DNA from: Histomonas meleagridis 2922-C6/04-290x
Taxonomy: Eukaryota; Protista; Parabasalia
NCBI GenBank assembly: GCA_020184695.1
Contig: JAANOX010000069.1
Span: forward strand, 1-64,000
Reading direction: 5' to 3'
Length of the DNA: 64,000 nucleotides
Shown here: positions 23,186 through 32,535 of the stretch, piece by piece
Layout: the number at the start of each line of letters is the position of its first letter
Numbering within the stretch: the first letter of the stretch is position 1
Program-made: the position numbers and the translations under genes
The notes under the pieces: model-generated
What the model was told of the DNA's origin: nothing
Database searches by the model: none
Seen by the model: only the letters and a program-made list of their open reading frames with translations

Positions 23186-23911
23186 ATGTACACAACATTT
23201 AAAAGGATTGTTCAGCATAAAATGGCTCATTTAAACCAATCAGAATCATTAGGTCTCACCTCTGCAAATATGCTTACTCGCATACATTATGTAGTTGAGA
23301 TAGCTCTCGACCAGGGAGATCCAATCAACCTCCTGAAACAATTTGGTCTCATATTTTATCATAACAATATCTCTTACAACCAAAAAATTCTACCCGAAAT
23401 TTTATGCGTTCCTTTATCTCTTTTCGAAAGACGAATTAATCAATTTTCCAAAATATTTCCACTAGATGATCCTAAAGAAACATCCCAAACTAGAGAAGTA
23501 ATAGATTTAATAGATGAATCAAGTGTGAAACATTGGTATTATTTTTCATATCCAAATACATTTGATGCGAATCAATTACATAATTTTATTGAAAAAGAAA
23601 AAGTTTCAATCACAGAGTTGCATCCTACACAACAAAAGAAGAACACGGGAAATACAGTTTCGTTTCCTCAAACACAAAGACCAATGATTTTTGAATGGAA
23701 AAAATCAAAATTGTTCGAAAAACTTGATCTTCCAAGTAGAATACCTGAAAAAACAGATCCCAAGATTAGCATAATTCACAGCAAAATGCATGTCTTTGCT
23801 GTTAAAACGGGAGATGTATCAATTTGTGAATTTCCATCCAGCACCATACAAAGGCTTCCAAGCATTGCGTTCGAGTTGTCCCCTTCACATTTTTCGCAAG
23901 AGAAAAAATAG
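23186..23911 (+). CDS. Hypothetical protein, possible divergent initiator-binding domain (IBD/IBP39-like)
   Basis: GLIFYHNNISYNQKILPEILCVPLSLFERRI resembles the IBD pattern GxxWxxxxxxxNxxxLxxxLxxxxSxI. Judged by eye only. Confidence 0.4.
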   Translation: MYTTFKRIVQHKMAHLNQSESLGLTSANMLTRIHYVVEIALDQGDPINLLKQFGLIFYHNNISYNQKILPEILCVPLSLFERRINQFSKIFPLDDPKETSQTREVIDLIDESSVKHWYYFSYPNTFDANQLHNFIEKEKVSITELHPTQQKKNTGNTVSFPQTQRPMIFEWKKSKLFEKLDLPSRIPEKTDPKISIIHSKMHVFAVKTGDVSICEFPSSTIQRLPSIAFELSPSHFSQEKK

Positions 23912-24320
23912 ATGTTGTGTTGCGTGAAAAAAATGTTATTTTATAAAATGTAGATTTTCTTAACAATTTAATTGGCTTTTTAACACTGCGCAGTGTTTTG
24001 CGCCCATAATGGAGTGCAAATTGTACAAATAATGTCTGAATTTAACAAATTTGTTTGACTTTATAAAAAAAAATAGAACTAATTCCATGATTCATTTGAA
24101 AATACTTACTCATCTCCACATAAAAAACATGTTTTGTATGATTGTATATAAAATTTTGTTAAGAGATTTATATATTACAATTTTCTTTTAATCATATTCA
24201 GAGAAATCGATGTGGATTGAGCTTAATTGACGTGAGTGTTATCTAGAATGAGAAACATGACAATAATTTGCTAATAAGAAAAACATTTTTTAACGATCAA
24301 GAACCGTTGGATAATTTCAC

Positions 24321-25742
24321 ATGAAATCGTTTTTTGGTTTCTTCAGCGGACTCAAAAGAAGAAGGGATACACTTGCCTCACAGATCATCTACAATGCATG
24401 CTTTTCATTTCTTATTATTATGTCAACATATATTTATCCTTCATTTTTTACAAATTTCATCACACTTTTTGCTATTGTAGAATATTGTCGACTTAGTTCA
24501 AACTTAGAAATGTTATTTTTATTCTTAAATATTACTATAACAAATTATGTTTCCTCATATTTGTCTTCAATTTTTGATACCTTAATTTCCCCATCTAAAT
24601 ATATACTGCCTCTTTTACGCAGCTCCATGTTTTATTTTGCGCTTACAATTGATAGATTAACAACTAAAAGATTTGGGACAGCTTCATATTTCACACTTTT
24701 CAGCTTTCCACTTATTTTTTCAGGGTGTTACGAAGTGCTCAGTGTAATTGATCCATTAGGTATTTCCACTCATTTCTCAGCTTTCATCTCTCAAATTCCA
24801 GATCTAACAATAATTCCACTCAGATTCTTTGGATATGCAGGGCCTACACTTTTATTATCTTTTCTTGTTTCATTCTGTTTACTTCTTAAACATACTCATA
24901 CTATTCCAAAATTCCTGTCCAATTTTCTTTTTAATTTGTTAACAATAATTGTTATAATATTTTCGTTTACCCAATACATTGTTCATCCAAGTGTTACTCA
25001 TATCAGAGGAACTGTTATTTTTAATGCAACTTCATTTCTTATGAAAGAAAGTTATCATTATAATTCTACTGACATCATTATCATAGCAGAAACCATTCCC
25101 ACAAACGAGACATCATTAATAGAACAGATATCACATGATACTAATTCGATTATTGCGTTTTCTTATATGGATAATATTACGAATTATATATCTGTTGTTT
25201 CACCAAATAAAACTCTCTTTAAAGCTTCCTCTAAGCATTCTAAGCCAATTATACCCTTTAGATTTGGCCTTAAAAAGATTTTATCTGTTGAAACTTTATT
25301 TGGCAAAATCGGTTTTATTAACGGTCGCGAAATGTTTTCTCCTGATCACTTCACATCCGAAGATCTTGATTTACTTATTACGTTTGGTTCTGATGAAAGT
25401 GATGAAAAATGTGGGTTGCCTTTAAAAACCGCAAGTATGATTTCTGAGATGATCGATGCATCACGATTTCATATTAGCATTTTTTCGGAAACATTCATTG
25501 TAGGAAGTGATGGTGTGTTTAACATTCGGGAATTACATAAAAAAGAAGAACTTGAGAAAAGTTATGACATTAAAGTTACGAAAAATTTAATGAAATTTAG
25601 TGGAATTCGATTTTTGTTGGTCGGATATGTTCTTTCATTCGCATTAATATGTTCTGTTATGATGAATTTCATACCAAAAATTAATGCGTTCGATTTTTGG
25701 CCAAACTTCATCGGGAACCTTAAGAAATACAAAGTGTTATAA
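24321..25742 (+). CDS. Multi-pass membrane protein with nitrilase-fold domain, apolipoprotein N-acyltransferase (Lnt)-like
   Basis: Several N-terminal TM segments, then IIIAET, SKHSKPIIPF, GKIGFINGREMF and DLLITFGSD in Lnt motif order, plus a C-terminal TM. Confidence 0.55.
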   Translation: MKSFFGFFSGLKRRRDTLASQIIYNACFSFLIIMSTYIYPSFFTNFITLFAIVEYCRLSSNLEMLFLFLNITITNYVSSYLSSIFDTLISPSKYILPLLRSSMFYFALTIDRLTTKRFGTASYFTLFSFPLIFSGCYEVLSVIDPLGISTHFSAFISQIPDLTIIPLRFFGYAGPTLLLSFLVSFCLLLKHTHTIPKFLSNFLFNLLTIIVIIFSFTQYIVHPSVTHIRGTVIFNATSFLMKESYHYNSTDIIIIAETIPTNETSLIEQISHDTNSIIAFSYMDNITNYISVVSPNKTLFKASSKHSKPIIPFRFGLKKILSVETLFGKIGFINGREMFSPDHFTSEDLDLLITFGSDESDEKCGLPLKTASMISEMIDASRFHISIFSETFIVGSDGVFNIRELHKKEELEKSYDIKVTKNLMKFSGIRFLLVGYVLSFALICSVMMNFIPKINAFDFWPNFIGNLKKYKVL

Positions 25743-26057
25743 AATGTTTGATTGAAATATTTGTTTATAAAAATTTATTTGTAATTTTTGAAATATTTTA
25801 TATAAAAGTTTCAACATATGAGAAATAATAATAAAAAAAAATAGCAAGTCTTTACTATACTTCAAAGGATGAAATATATAAAGAGGTTTCACAAAATTTA
25901 ATTAGTTATTTACTGGATTTTGAATATATAGTTACACAACAATTATCAAATCTGATTTTGTAACAAAATAATTGCAAATTGTTCTCGTACACAACGCCAA
26001 ATACAAATTGAAGATTAATCAGGCAACAAAATATTTAACAAACAAAACATATTTTAT

Positions 26058-27416
26058 TTATTTCAATGCTTCCGAAATGATTTTCTTCAGTTCTTCGTCA
26101 TTTATTTCTATATGTTTTATTGCCGATTTCATATAACATTCGATGTTATTACATTTACAATTCGAAATTCCATTAAACATAAAATATTTGGCTCCGATTT
26201 TTTCGGCGATTTTCTTTCCAAAACTAAAGCACTCAGTGTCTTTTAGTGGTATTTCAACAAGCGATGAATTCGAACCGAGGAAAATGGAATTAAAAATTTT
26301 CGAAATATGTCCACAAATAAAGACTTTTGAAGACGAAATTAAATTTGCTGTCGTCTGTAAATCAGAACTTTCATCAATTGTTAAGATTTCTAATTTAGGA
26401 AATAGTTTAGAAATTTTTTCCTTTAAATGTAACGAGTTAGAATCAATTACAATTCGATTTGAATTGGCACTATTTTTAGTATATTTTTCTCGAAATGAAT
26501 TAAGTATTTTAGGGTCAATATTACTTAAATCATTATAAAAATTGTTGTTAGTTTCAGAGAAAATTGATTTGGAACCGTTTGTTTTGACGATCAAAAGCCT
26601 CTCAAAACATTTCTTCGTGGGTAAAACAGTAATATTGCTAGAAATTGGTGAAAGAGATGTGTGAGCAAAGGATGGCAATTCTGCGAAAGAATAAACATTG
26701 AGTCGATTGTTGAAATTTGATAATAAATCAAATAGTGGTAATGCAATATGGGTTAGAATGGTTGACGGATCAATAGGAACATCAGGAATAAGAACTGTGG
26801 GATTCGATAAGAATGTATATTTCTTGAAATTGCAGTAATCTTTGCACTTTCGAGAATCAATAACAACAGGAAGAGTCATGGTGGATGACACTGTCATGGG
26901 TGAGAATGTTGTTTTAGGTTGAGAAAAGAAAACTAGTTGCTGATCGTCTTCAAAACAAACATCATAAAAATCAGCAAATGAATAATTACGAGAGACAAGA
27001 CGTGACCAACCAACTGGATATACATTGATATCACCAGCAATTTTGCCAGTAACTGTCGAAAGGAGTTGATTTTGACAATATAAGGAAAACGTGATTGGAC
27101 CTCCAACAGCTTGTAAAGAACAAAATGATATGTTTTCTAAGTCGCTCGTAAGATCCCAGAACCTTTCAGGTGGATATTCAAAAGTCATATTACCAACACG
27201 TGTTTTGAGACGAATGAGTGATGAAGCAATTTCTTTTGGATATTGAACAAATTCGCCAATTTTCATTTTTACCTTAAGTCGAGATAACTCAACCCAGATG
27301 TTTACGTCTTTTATGTTGATGCAATCGATCGCTTCAGAAGAATCAGGTAAAGGAAAAGCTGGTGGATCACAATCAACAACAAGAGAAATTATAACAAAAA
27401 GTAATACTATTGGCAT
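26058..27416 (-). CDS. Secreted or membrane protein with glycosyltransferase family 61 (DUF563)-like C-terminal domain
   Basis: Signal or anchor MPIVLLFVIISLVV at ATG 27416. The C-terminal QTTANLISSSKVFICGHISKIFNSIFLGSNSSLVEI resembles the GT61 HGAxxxNxxF...vIE motif. Confidence 0.55.
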   Translation of the reverse strand: MPIVLLFVIISLVVDCDPPAFPLPDSSEAIDCINIKDVNIWVELSRLKVKMKIGEFVQYPKEIASSLIRLKTRVGNMTFEYPPERFWDLTSDLENISFCSLQAVGGPITFSLYCQNQLLSTVTGKIAGDINVYPVGWSRLVSRNYSFADFYDVCFEDDQQLVFFSQPKTTFSPMTVSSTMTLPVVIDSRKCKDYCNFKKYTFLSNPTVLIPDVPIDPSTILTHIALPLFDLLSNFNNRLNVYSFAELPSFAHTSLSPISSNITVLPTKKCFERLLIVKTNGSKSIFSETNNNFYNDLSNIDPKILNSFREKYTKNSANSNRIVIDSNSLHLKEKISKLFPKLEILTIDESSDLQTTANLISSSKVFICGHISKIFNSIFLGSNSSLVEIPLKDTECFSFGKKIAEKIGAKYFMFNGISNCKCNNIECYMKSAIKHIEINDEELKKIISEALK

Positions 27417-27827
27417 TATGAAAGATGTTTTGAAGATACTAAATTCCTTGCATAAAGATTTCATCATCCAGTTCGAGGAAAAGTGGCGATCGAACTTTTT
27501 CAATGAAATTTTATCTGAAACTTCTTTGGCGTATTGTGTCCAATTTTTAAAATTTAATGAAAATATCAATATGAAATACATCACACTGTTATGCTTTACG
27601 TACACATACAAAATATTTTTGACAATTGTTTAAAAAATATATTTTATGTTAACTTATTTCAATTACAATTCTTAGCTAATTTCTGGCAAATATTGATTAC
27701 CACATGACTTAGAAATTTATGCACTGAAAATAAGATATACTATTTCAAAAAATCTTTTGGAATAATATAAGATTTAATCTTAATGGTTTAAGCTCACAAA
27801 TTATTTGTAATCGCAATGTTTGCTAGA

Positions 27828-28133
27828 CTACATGTCTAAATCTGTATCAACATTTTCTGTTTCTGATGAGCTTTCTCGATGAATATGATATCTTTCTTCT
27901 TCTGGTGGGAATATAAGAAGTGTTGAATCAGCTCCAATTGCTTCTGGTTCAATCTCTTCTTCACTTTCTTCTTTTTTATGATTTTTCTTGACCTTCTTCT
28001 TAACTATTTTCTTTTTTGTAGTTTTCGGTTTCTTTGTTTTAGGAGGAGGAGGTAATCCAGAAACTGGTGGTTCAGGTTTTTCTGGTTCTTGCCTTTCTGT
28101 ATCTTGAGTGAAGTCGTCAACTTCTTTGCACAT
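27828..28133 (-). CDS. Small Lys/Glu/Pro-rich hypothetical protein
   Basis: 101-aa low-complexity ORF with coding-like composition. Confidence 0.55.
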   Translation of the reverse strand: MCKEVDDFTQDTERQEPEKPEPPVSGLPPPPKTKKPKTTKKKIVKKKVKKNHKKEESEEEIEPEAIGADSTLLIFPPEEERYHIHRESSSETENVDTDLDM

Positions 28134-28836
28134 CGCTTCGCGGGCAATGAGCGAAAACCCTCAATTCAATTTTTGCACACAAAAAGTCACCAATTTTTCA
28201 AAACCAATTAACTTTTTTATTCGTTCAAAAAAAAATCAACACAGTAAAATCCGACATGAATATAGTTCTTCGAATCTTGGAATCATTTCATCTAAAAAAT
28301 AGATTTTCAAATCCTTACCTTGTGTCATACTTTTAAATGCATAAGGGGATTATCTTTTCTAAGTTGATTAATTTTTGTAGTTTTTTTTTTTAATATTTAC
28401 AACCATTAGTTATTAACCAATTTCAAAAACACTACAAAAACTACTTCTATTTGTGTTAAAAATTTATGTTAATATTTATGATATCAAAATGATGAAATTT
28501 CAGCAATTCCAAAATATACATAAAAAACCATGCAGTTCGATTCTCGAATAATTAACGATAAGTATATCATAAAAATGCTCTTTTATTAATCTTCTGAACT
28601 TTGGGAAAAAGATTTTTTTTCCTTTCGTTTGGTGTGAGCGGTTCCCTTAGAAAGTTTGAGACCGAAAGATTTTATCAACCTCAACAGGGGTGGTCCATTC
28701 TGAATTCAGTCTCTTTTTTGAAAAAGATTGGTCGATTAATTCAAAATTTCTGTTATCCTTTGCCAGAAAGTTTTCAAAAGTTAATATTATGCCAAAATAG
28801 ATTTTAAATAGAACTTTGACCAGTTCACTAGAGACT

Positions 28837-30114
28837 ATGGGAATTGAGCCACAAATTCATGGCGAATTAGAATGTAAAGTTGATGGTGGGGTTCCTTTAC
28901 AAACTTATTGTTCTCTAATCGGAAATGATTTTCGAATTTATGATAATCCTGATTTTGTCAATATGATTTTCCAAATAATCATTGACTCAGAGACTAAAAT
29001 TGAGTACGAAGGCAATGATCCAACATCGTTTTCAATTGATGTTCCAAATCAACAATATTTTCAGTTTCAAAGCGATAACGAATCAATTGCATTTTCATGG
29101 GTTATGGGTCTTCGTAGCGTTCAATCGCCATCTTTACCTCTTTCTATAAATTCATTTAAAACACTTTCTGTAATTGGCATTGGCAGATATGGAAAAGTAA
29201 CACTTTCTAAGCGTCTTGATAATAACGGACTTTACGCAATCAAAAGGATTCTTAAAAACAAAATAGCTTCAGATGAAAACAAGATTGATTATGTTATGAC
29301 AGAACGAAATATTCTTTCTGAATCTTCACATCCTTTTATCATAACTATTTTTTCAGCATTTCAAAACTCTCAAAAGCTTTATTTTTGCCTAGAATACGCG
29401 CCAGGTGGTGAACTATCCGATATTCTTGCATCGAAGCAAATCCCTCGAATTGAAGATATCCGTATTTACATCGCAGAGATATCCCTTGCACTTGATTATT
29501 TACACTCACTGAACGTAATTTATCGAGACCTTAAACCCGAAAATATTCTTCTTGGAGCAGATGGTCACATAAAGCTAACTGATTTCGGACTTGCAAAGAA
29601 GCTATGTGAAAGCTCAGACTCAACTACTACATTTTGTGGAACATCTGAATATCTTGCACCTGAAATTATTGAAGGGAAACCTTATTCATTTAGTGTTGAT
29701 TGGTGGTGCTTAGGGATCTTACTTTTCGAGTTGTTATTCCTTCGAACACCTTTTTACAGCCCAAATCCACAGAGAATGTACAAAAAAATAACGCAGCAGA
29801 AACCGTTAATTCCAAACTGCCAACCGTCGGCGGCAAATCTTATAAACGGTCTTTTGGCAAAAGATCCCAATAACCGTTACGGTTTTGCTGAAGTGAAGTC
29901 GCACCCTTTCTTCGAGGGAATGGACTTCGATAAAGTGCTGAGAAAAGAATATCAGCCTTCATACATTCCAGCCTTTGATCCAAAAAAGGTATGCGAAACA
30001 GATGATTCGTGTTTTTGTGAATCATTTGATGATACAATGTTTTCTGCAAACGTAAATGTTCCAGGATTCTCATTCCAGAACACTTGGAATGAAGGTCTAC
30101 AGGTGTTAAATTGA
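28837..30114 (+). CDS. AGC family Ser/Thr kinase with N-terminal PH-like domain (PKB/Akt-like)
   Basis: GIGRYGKV, AIK, YRDLKPEN, DFG, TFCGTSEYLAPE and a C-terminal FSF motif. ATG 28837 follows the Inr TCACT. Confidence 0.93.
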   Translation: MGIEPQIHGELECKVDGGVPLQTYCSLIGNDFRIYDNPDFVNMIFQIIIDSETKIEYEGNDPTSFSIDVPNQQYFQFQSDNESIAFSWVMGLRSVQSPSLPLSINSFKTLSVIGIGRYGKVTLSKRLDNNGLYAIKRILKNKIASDENKIDYVMTERNILSESSHPFIITIFSAFQNSQKLYFCLEYAPGGELSDILASKQIPRIEDIRIYIAEISLALDYLHSLNVIYRDLKPENILLGADGHIKLTDFGLAKKLCESSDSTTTFCGTSEYLAPEIIEGKPYSFSVDWWCLGILLFELLFLRTPFYSPNPQRMYKKITQQKPLIPNCQPSAANLINGLLAKDPNNRYGFAEVKSHPFFEGMDFDKVLRKEYQPSYIPAFDPKKVCETDDSCFCESFDDTMFSANVNVPGFSFQNTWNEGLQVLN

Positions 30115-30505
30115 ATCTTCAAAATTAATCAATTCAGAAAACGATCGTCAGAATTTGGAAAAACACATAGAAATGGAATTTCCTTCAGATTTTTGTATTT
30201 AAAAACATGTTAAAATATTAAATAAAGGAATTTTTGTGTATTAATTTCTGAATTTTTCTTTACTAAATAAATCATACGTTTTATCCAAAAGTAAAGGTAA
30301 CCAAACATATATAATGATATTTACTTAAAGTAAAAGAGCAAAATATCGATTTTTTTAGAGGAATTGACAACAAAAGACCAATTTTGCCAATTCAAAACCG
30401 TCATATTGAGAGGAATACGATCATATTGCACTTTGGGAACAAAAAATCGTTTTCGATCTGAAAAAATGGAAATATTAAACGTTTTAATGGTCATTTGTTT
30501 TTGGG

Positions 30506-30778
30506 ATGGCTCAAGATCGTCGTGCTGTTGTAAAAAACGTTGATATGTCTGACGAAATGCAAGCAGACGCAATTGATGTTGCAACGCAAGCTTTAGATCG
30601 TTTCAACATTGAAAAAGACATTGCAGCATATATCAAAAAGGAATTCGATAAAAAGTACAACCCTACATGGCACTGTGTAGTAGGACGTTCATTTGGATCA
30701 TTTGTTACACACGAAACAAAACATTTCATATACTTTTACATTGGTCAAGTTGCAGTTCAACTTTGGAAGTGTGGGTAA
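30506..30778 (+). CDS. DYNLL1: Dynein light chain LC8
   Basis: Near-canonical sequence [11 protein letters not shown]...[43 protein letters not shown]. Confidence 0.97.
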   Translation: MAQDRRAVVKNVDMSDEMQADAIDVATQALDRFNIEKDIAAYIKKEFDKKYNPTWHCVVGRSFGSFVTHETKHFIYFYIGQVAVQLWKCG

Positions 30779-31047
30779 GTAAACATTGTACCTTGGTTAA
30801 GCACTTAAGGCATAGTTGATTAAAGAATTTACACACAATTTTTAAGAAAAAATTAATTAATTTTAATATGATTTTAAAATCGCATTAAAAGCCAACAATT
30901 AGCATTGTTTAAAACACTATTCTTATAATGGAAATCGAAATCTTTTTAGTAGCAAAAAATTTCTATGATGCATTTGAATCATTAAATCGTTAGATTATCA
31001 TTAATTCCCATGAAAAGGAAAATTCTTATTGAAAAAAATATTTTGTA

Positions 31048-32473
31048 TAGGGGTATATAATAAAACCCCGGAAACTCAATAAAATAGTTAAAAATTATTT
31101 TTTTTATTTAGATATGTAATCACCCCCTGTGCTTATCACTTCTTGAAGATGATTAATCCATTAATCAAACACAGCCATTAATTCATCATGTTCAAAATTC
31201 CCGACATATTCGGTTATGTATTCAAATAATTGGCTTTCATTTTCAAAAATGCTTAACTCCAACTTTGTTTTTAATTTACCGAATAAATAGAAGTCACTGG
31301 GAGCAATATCTGGTGAATAGAGTGGGTGAGTGAGCTGACTCAATTCTGAGTTAAAAATAAATTTTTTTGTTTTCATTGATGTGTGCAGTTTTGTATTATC
31401 GAAATGTATCCAATATTTTTTTGAATGCTTTTTTCTCCCATTTGGATATAATTTTTTTTCACGTGGTTTTAATATTTGATTAATGAAATATTCTAAATTA
31501 AATTTTTGACTGGGGGGTAAAACATTAATAATAAAGAAATTCCATGGATTTTAAAATATTGTAAACATGAATTTTGGTTCCGAAATTAACCGTTTCGGAA
31601 TATTTTCAACTTTTTCTCGGGAATGGGCATAAATAAATTTATGAAAGTACCTTAAATAAGACTAAGATTCATCATCTGTTATTATGTGGTGATATCCTTT
31701 ATTTTAGAATTTTAGAAGTGCCTCTAACATTTGTTTGGAATATGATACCCTTTTCTTTTTCATATCACTTGTCAACATGTGTGGGACCCACAGCAAATGA
31801 TATTTTTTGTACCCTAAATGATCAATGATAATAGGAAACTATTTTGAATGGCTACTTCAGTTTTTGAATGAAAATCCGATGATTTTTCATTCATTTGATT
31901 CTATCGTTGGAAATCTGCATCCAGTTTATTAAAAATATCCTTATGTTAAAATGTACATTCTTTTTTCCCATCCAATATTATTTTGCTGTTATTCTTTCAA
32001 CATATATGGTAATTTAAATATATTATAATGTTTCATTTATTATTCATAAATCTTTGATTCTTTTTCTTATTCAGCATATGATATATATAAAATTTTTAAT
32101 TAAGGGTAATTCACCAGAATCTGAAACTCAAAAAATGTGAAGAAATACTAAAAATCAATAATTTTTTCATCAAAATCTGATGTTTTGCTCCATCTATTAT
32201 TTATCTAACAAATTTAATTACAGCAAAATGACATCTAAATTATTTTTTTGGTACAAAAATTGACAAGGTTTGTCTGTAGCAAAAAACGATTCTTCAAATA
32301 TTTTCATTTTTTATGAGTGCCACTTATTTTTGTTGTTAACTTTATGTCTAATAAAGATCCAAATCCGCATTTTTATACTTACGTGCATAAATATATATTA
32401 TATAAATATAAAATTTTAGTTAAAAATATTTTTATTCAAGTGTTGAGTTTCCGTGTATTTATATATACCGATA
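31048..32473 (-). mobile_element. Decayed mariner element with imperfect ~30-bp TIRs and TA ends
   Basis: Transposase motifs LGYKKYHLLWVPHML, IITDDES*, HFDNTKLH and HPLYSPDIAPSDFYLF. 31048-31079 (taggggtatataataaaaccccggaaactcaa) is the imperfect inverse of 32443-32473 (ttgagtttccgtgtatttatatataccgata). Confidence 0.8.
31855..31910. repeat. Dispersed ~56-bp repeat, copy 1
   Basis: cttcagtttttgaatgaaaatccgatgatttttcattcatttgattctatcgttgg matches 52076-52131 with few mismatches. Confidence 0.85.
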
Positions 32474-32535
32474 CATCGGTTTTGTTTATATTTAGATAAT
32501 GTGTATTGTCGGATAGAGATTACACATTTTGTACT

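Noticed and set aside
28134-28142. CGCGAAGCG mini-hairpin before the small K/E-rich ORF
   Set aside because: It is only 9 bp with no extended stem and is expected by chance.
30775-30781. GTAAGT 5' splice-like site at the end of dynein LC8
   Set aside because: The protein is already complete (WKCG*) and no matching 3' motif follows.
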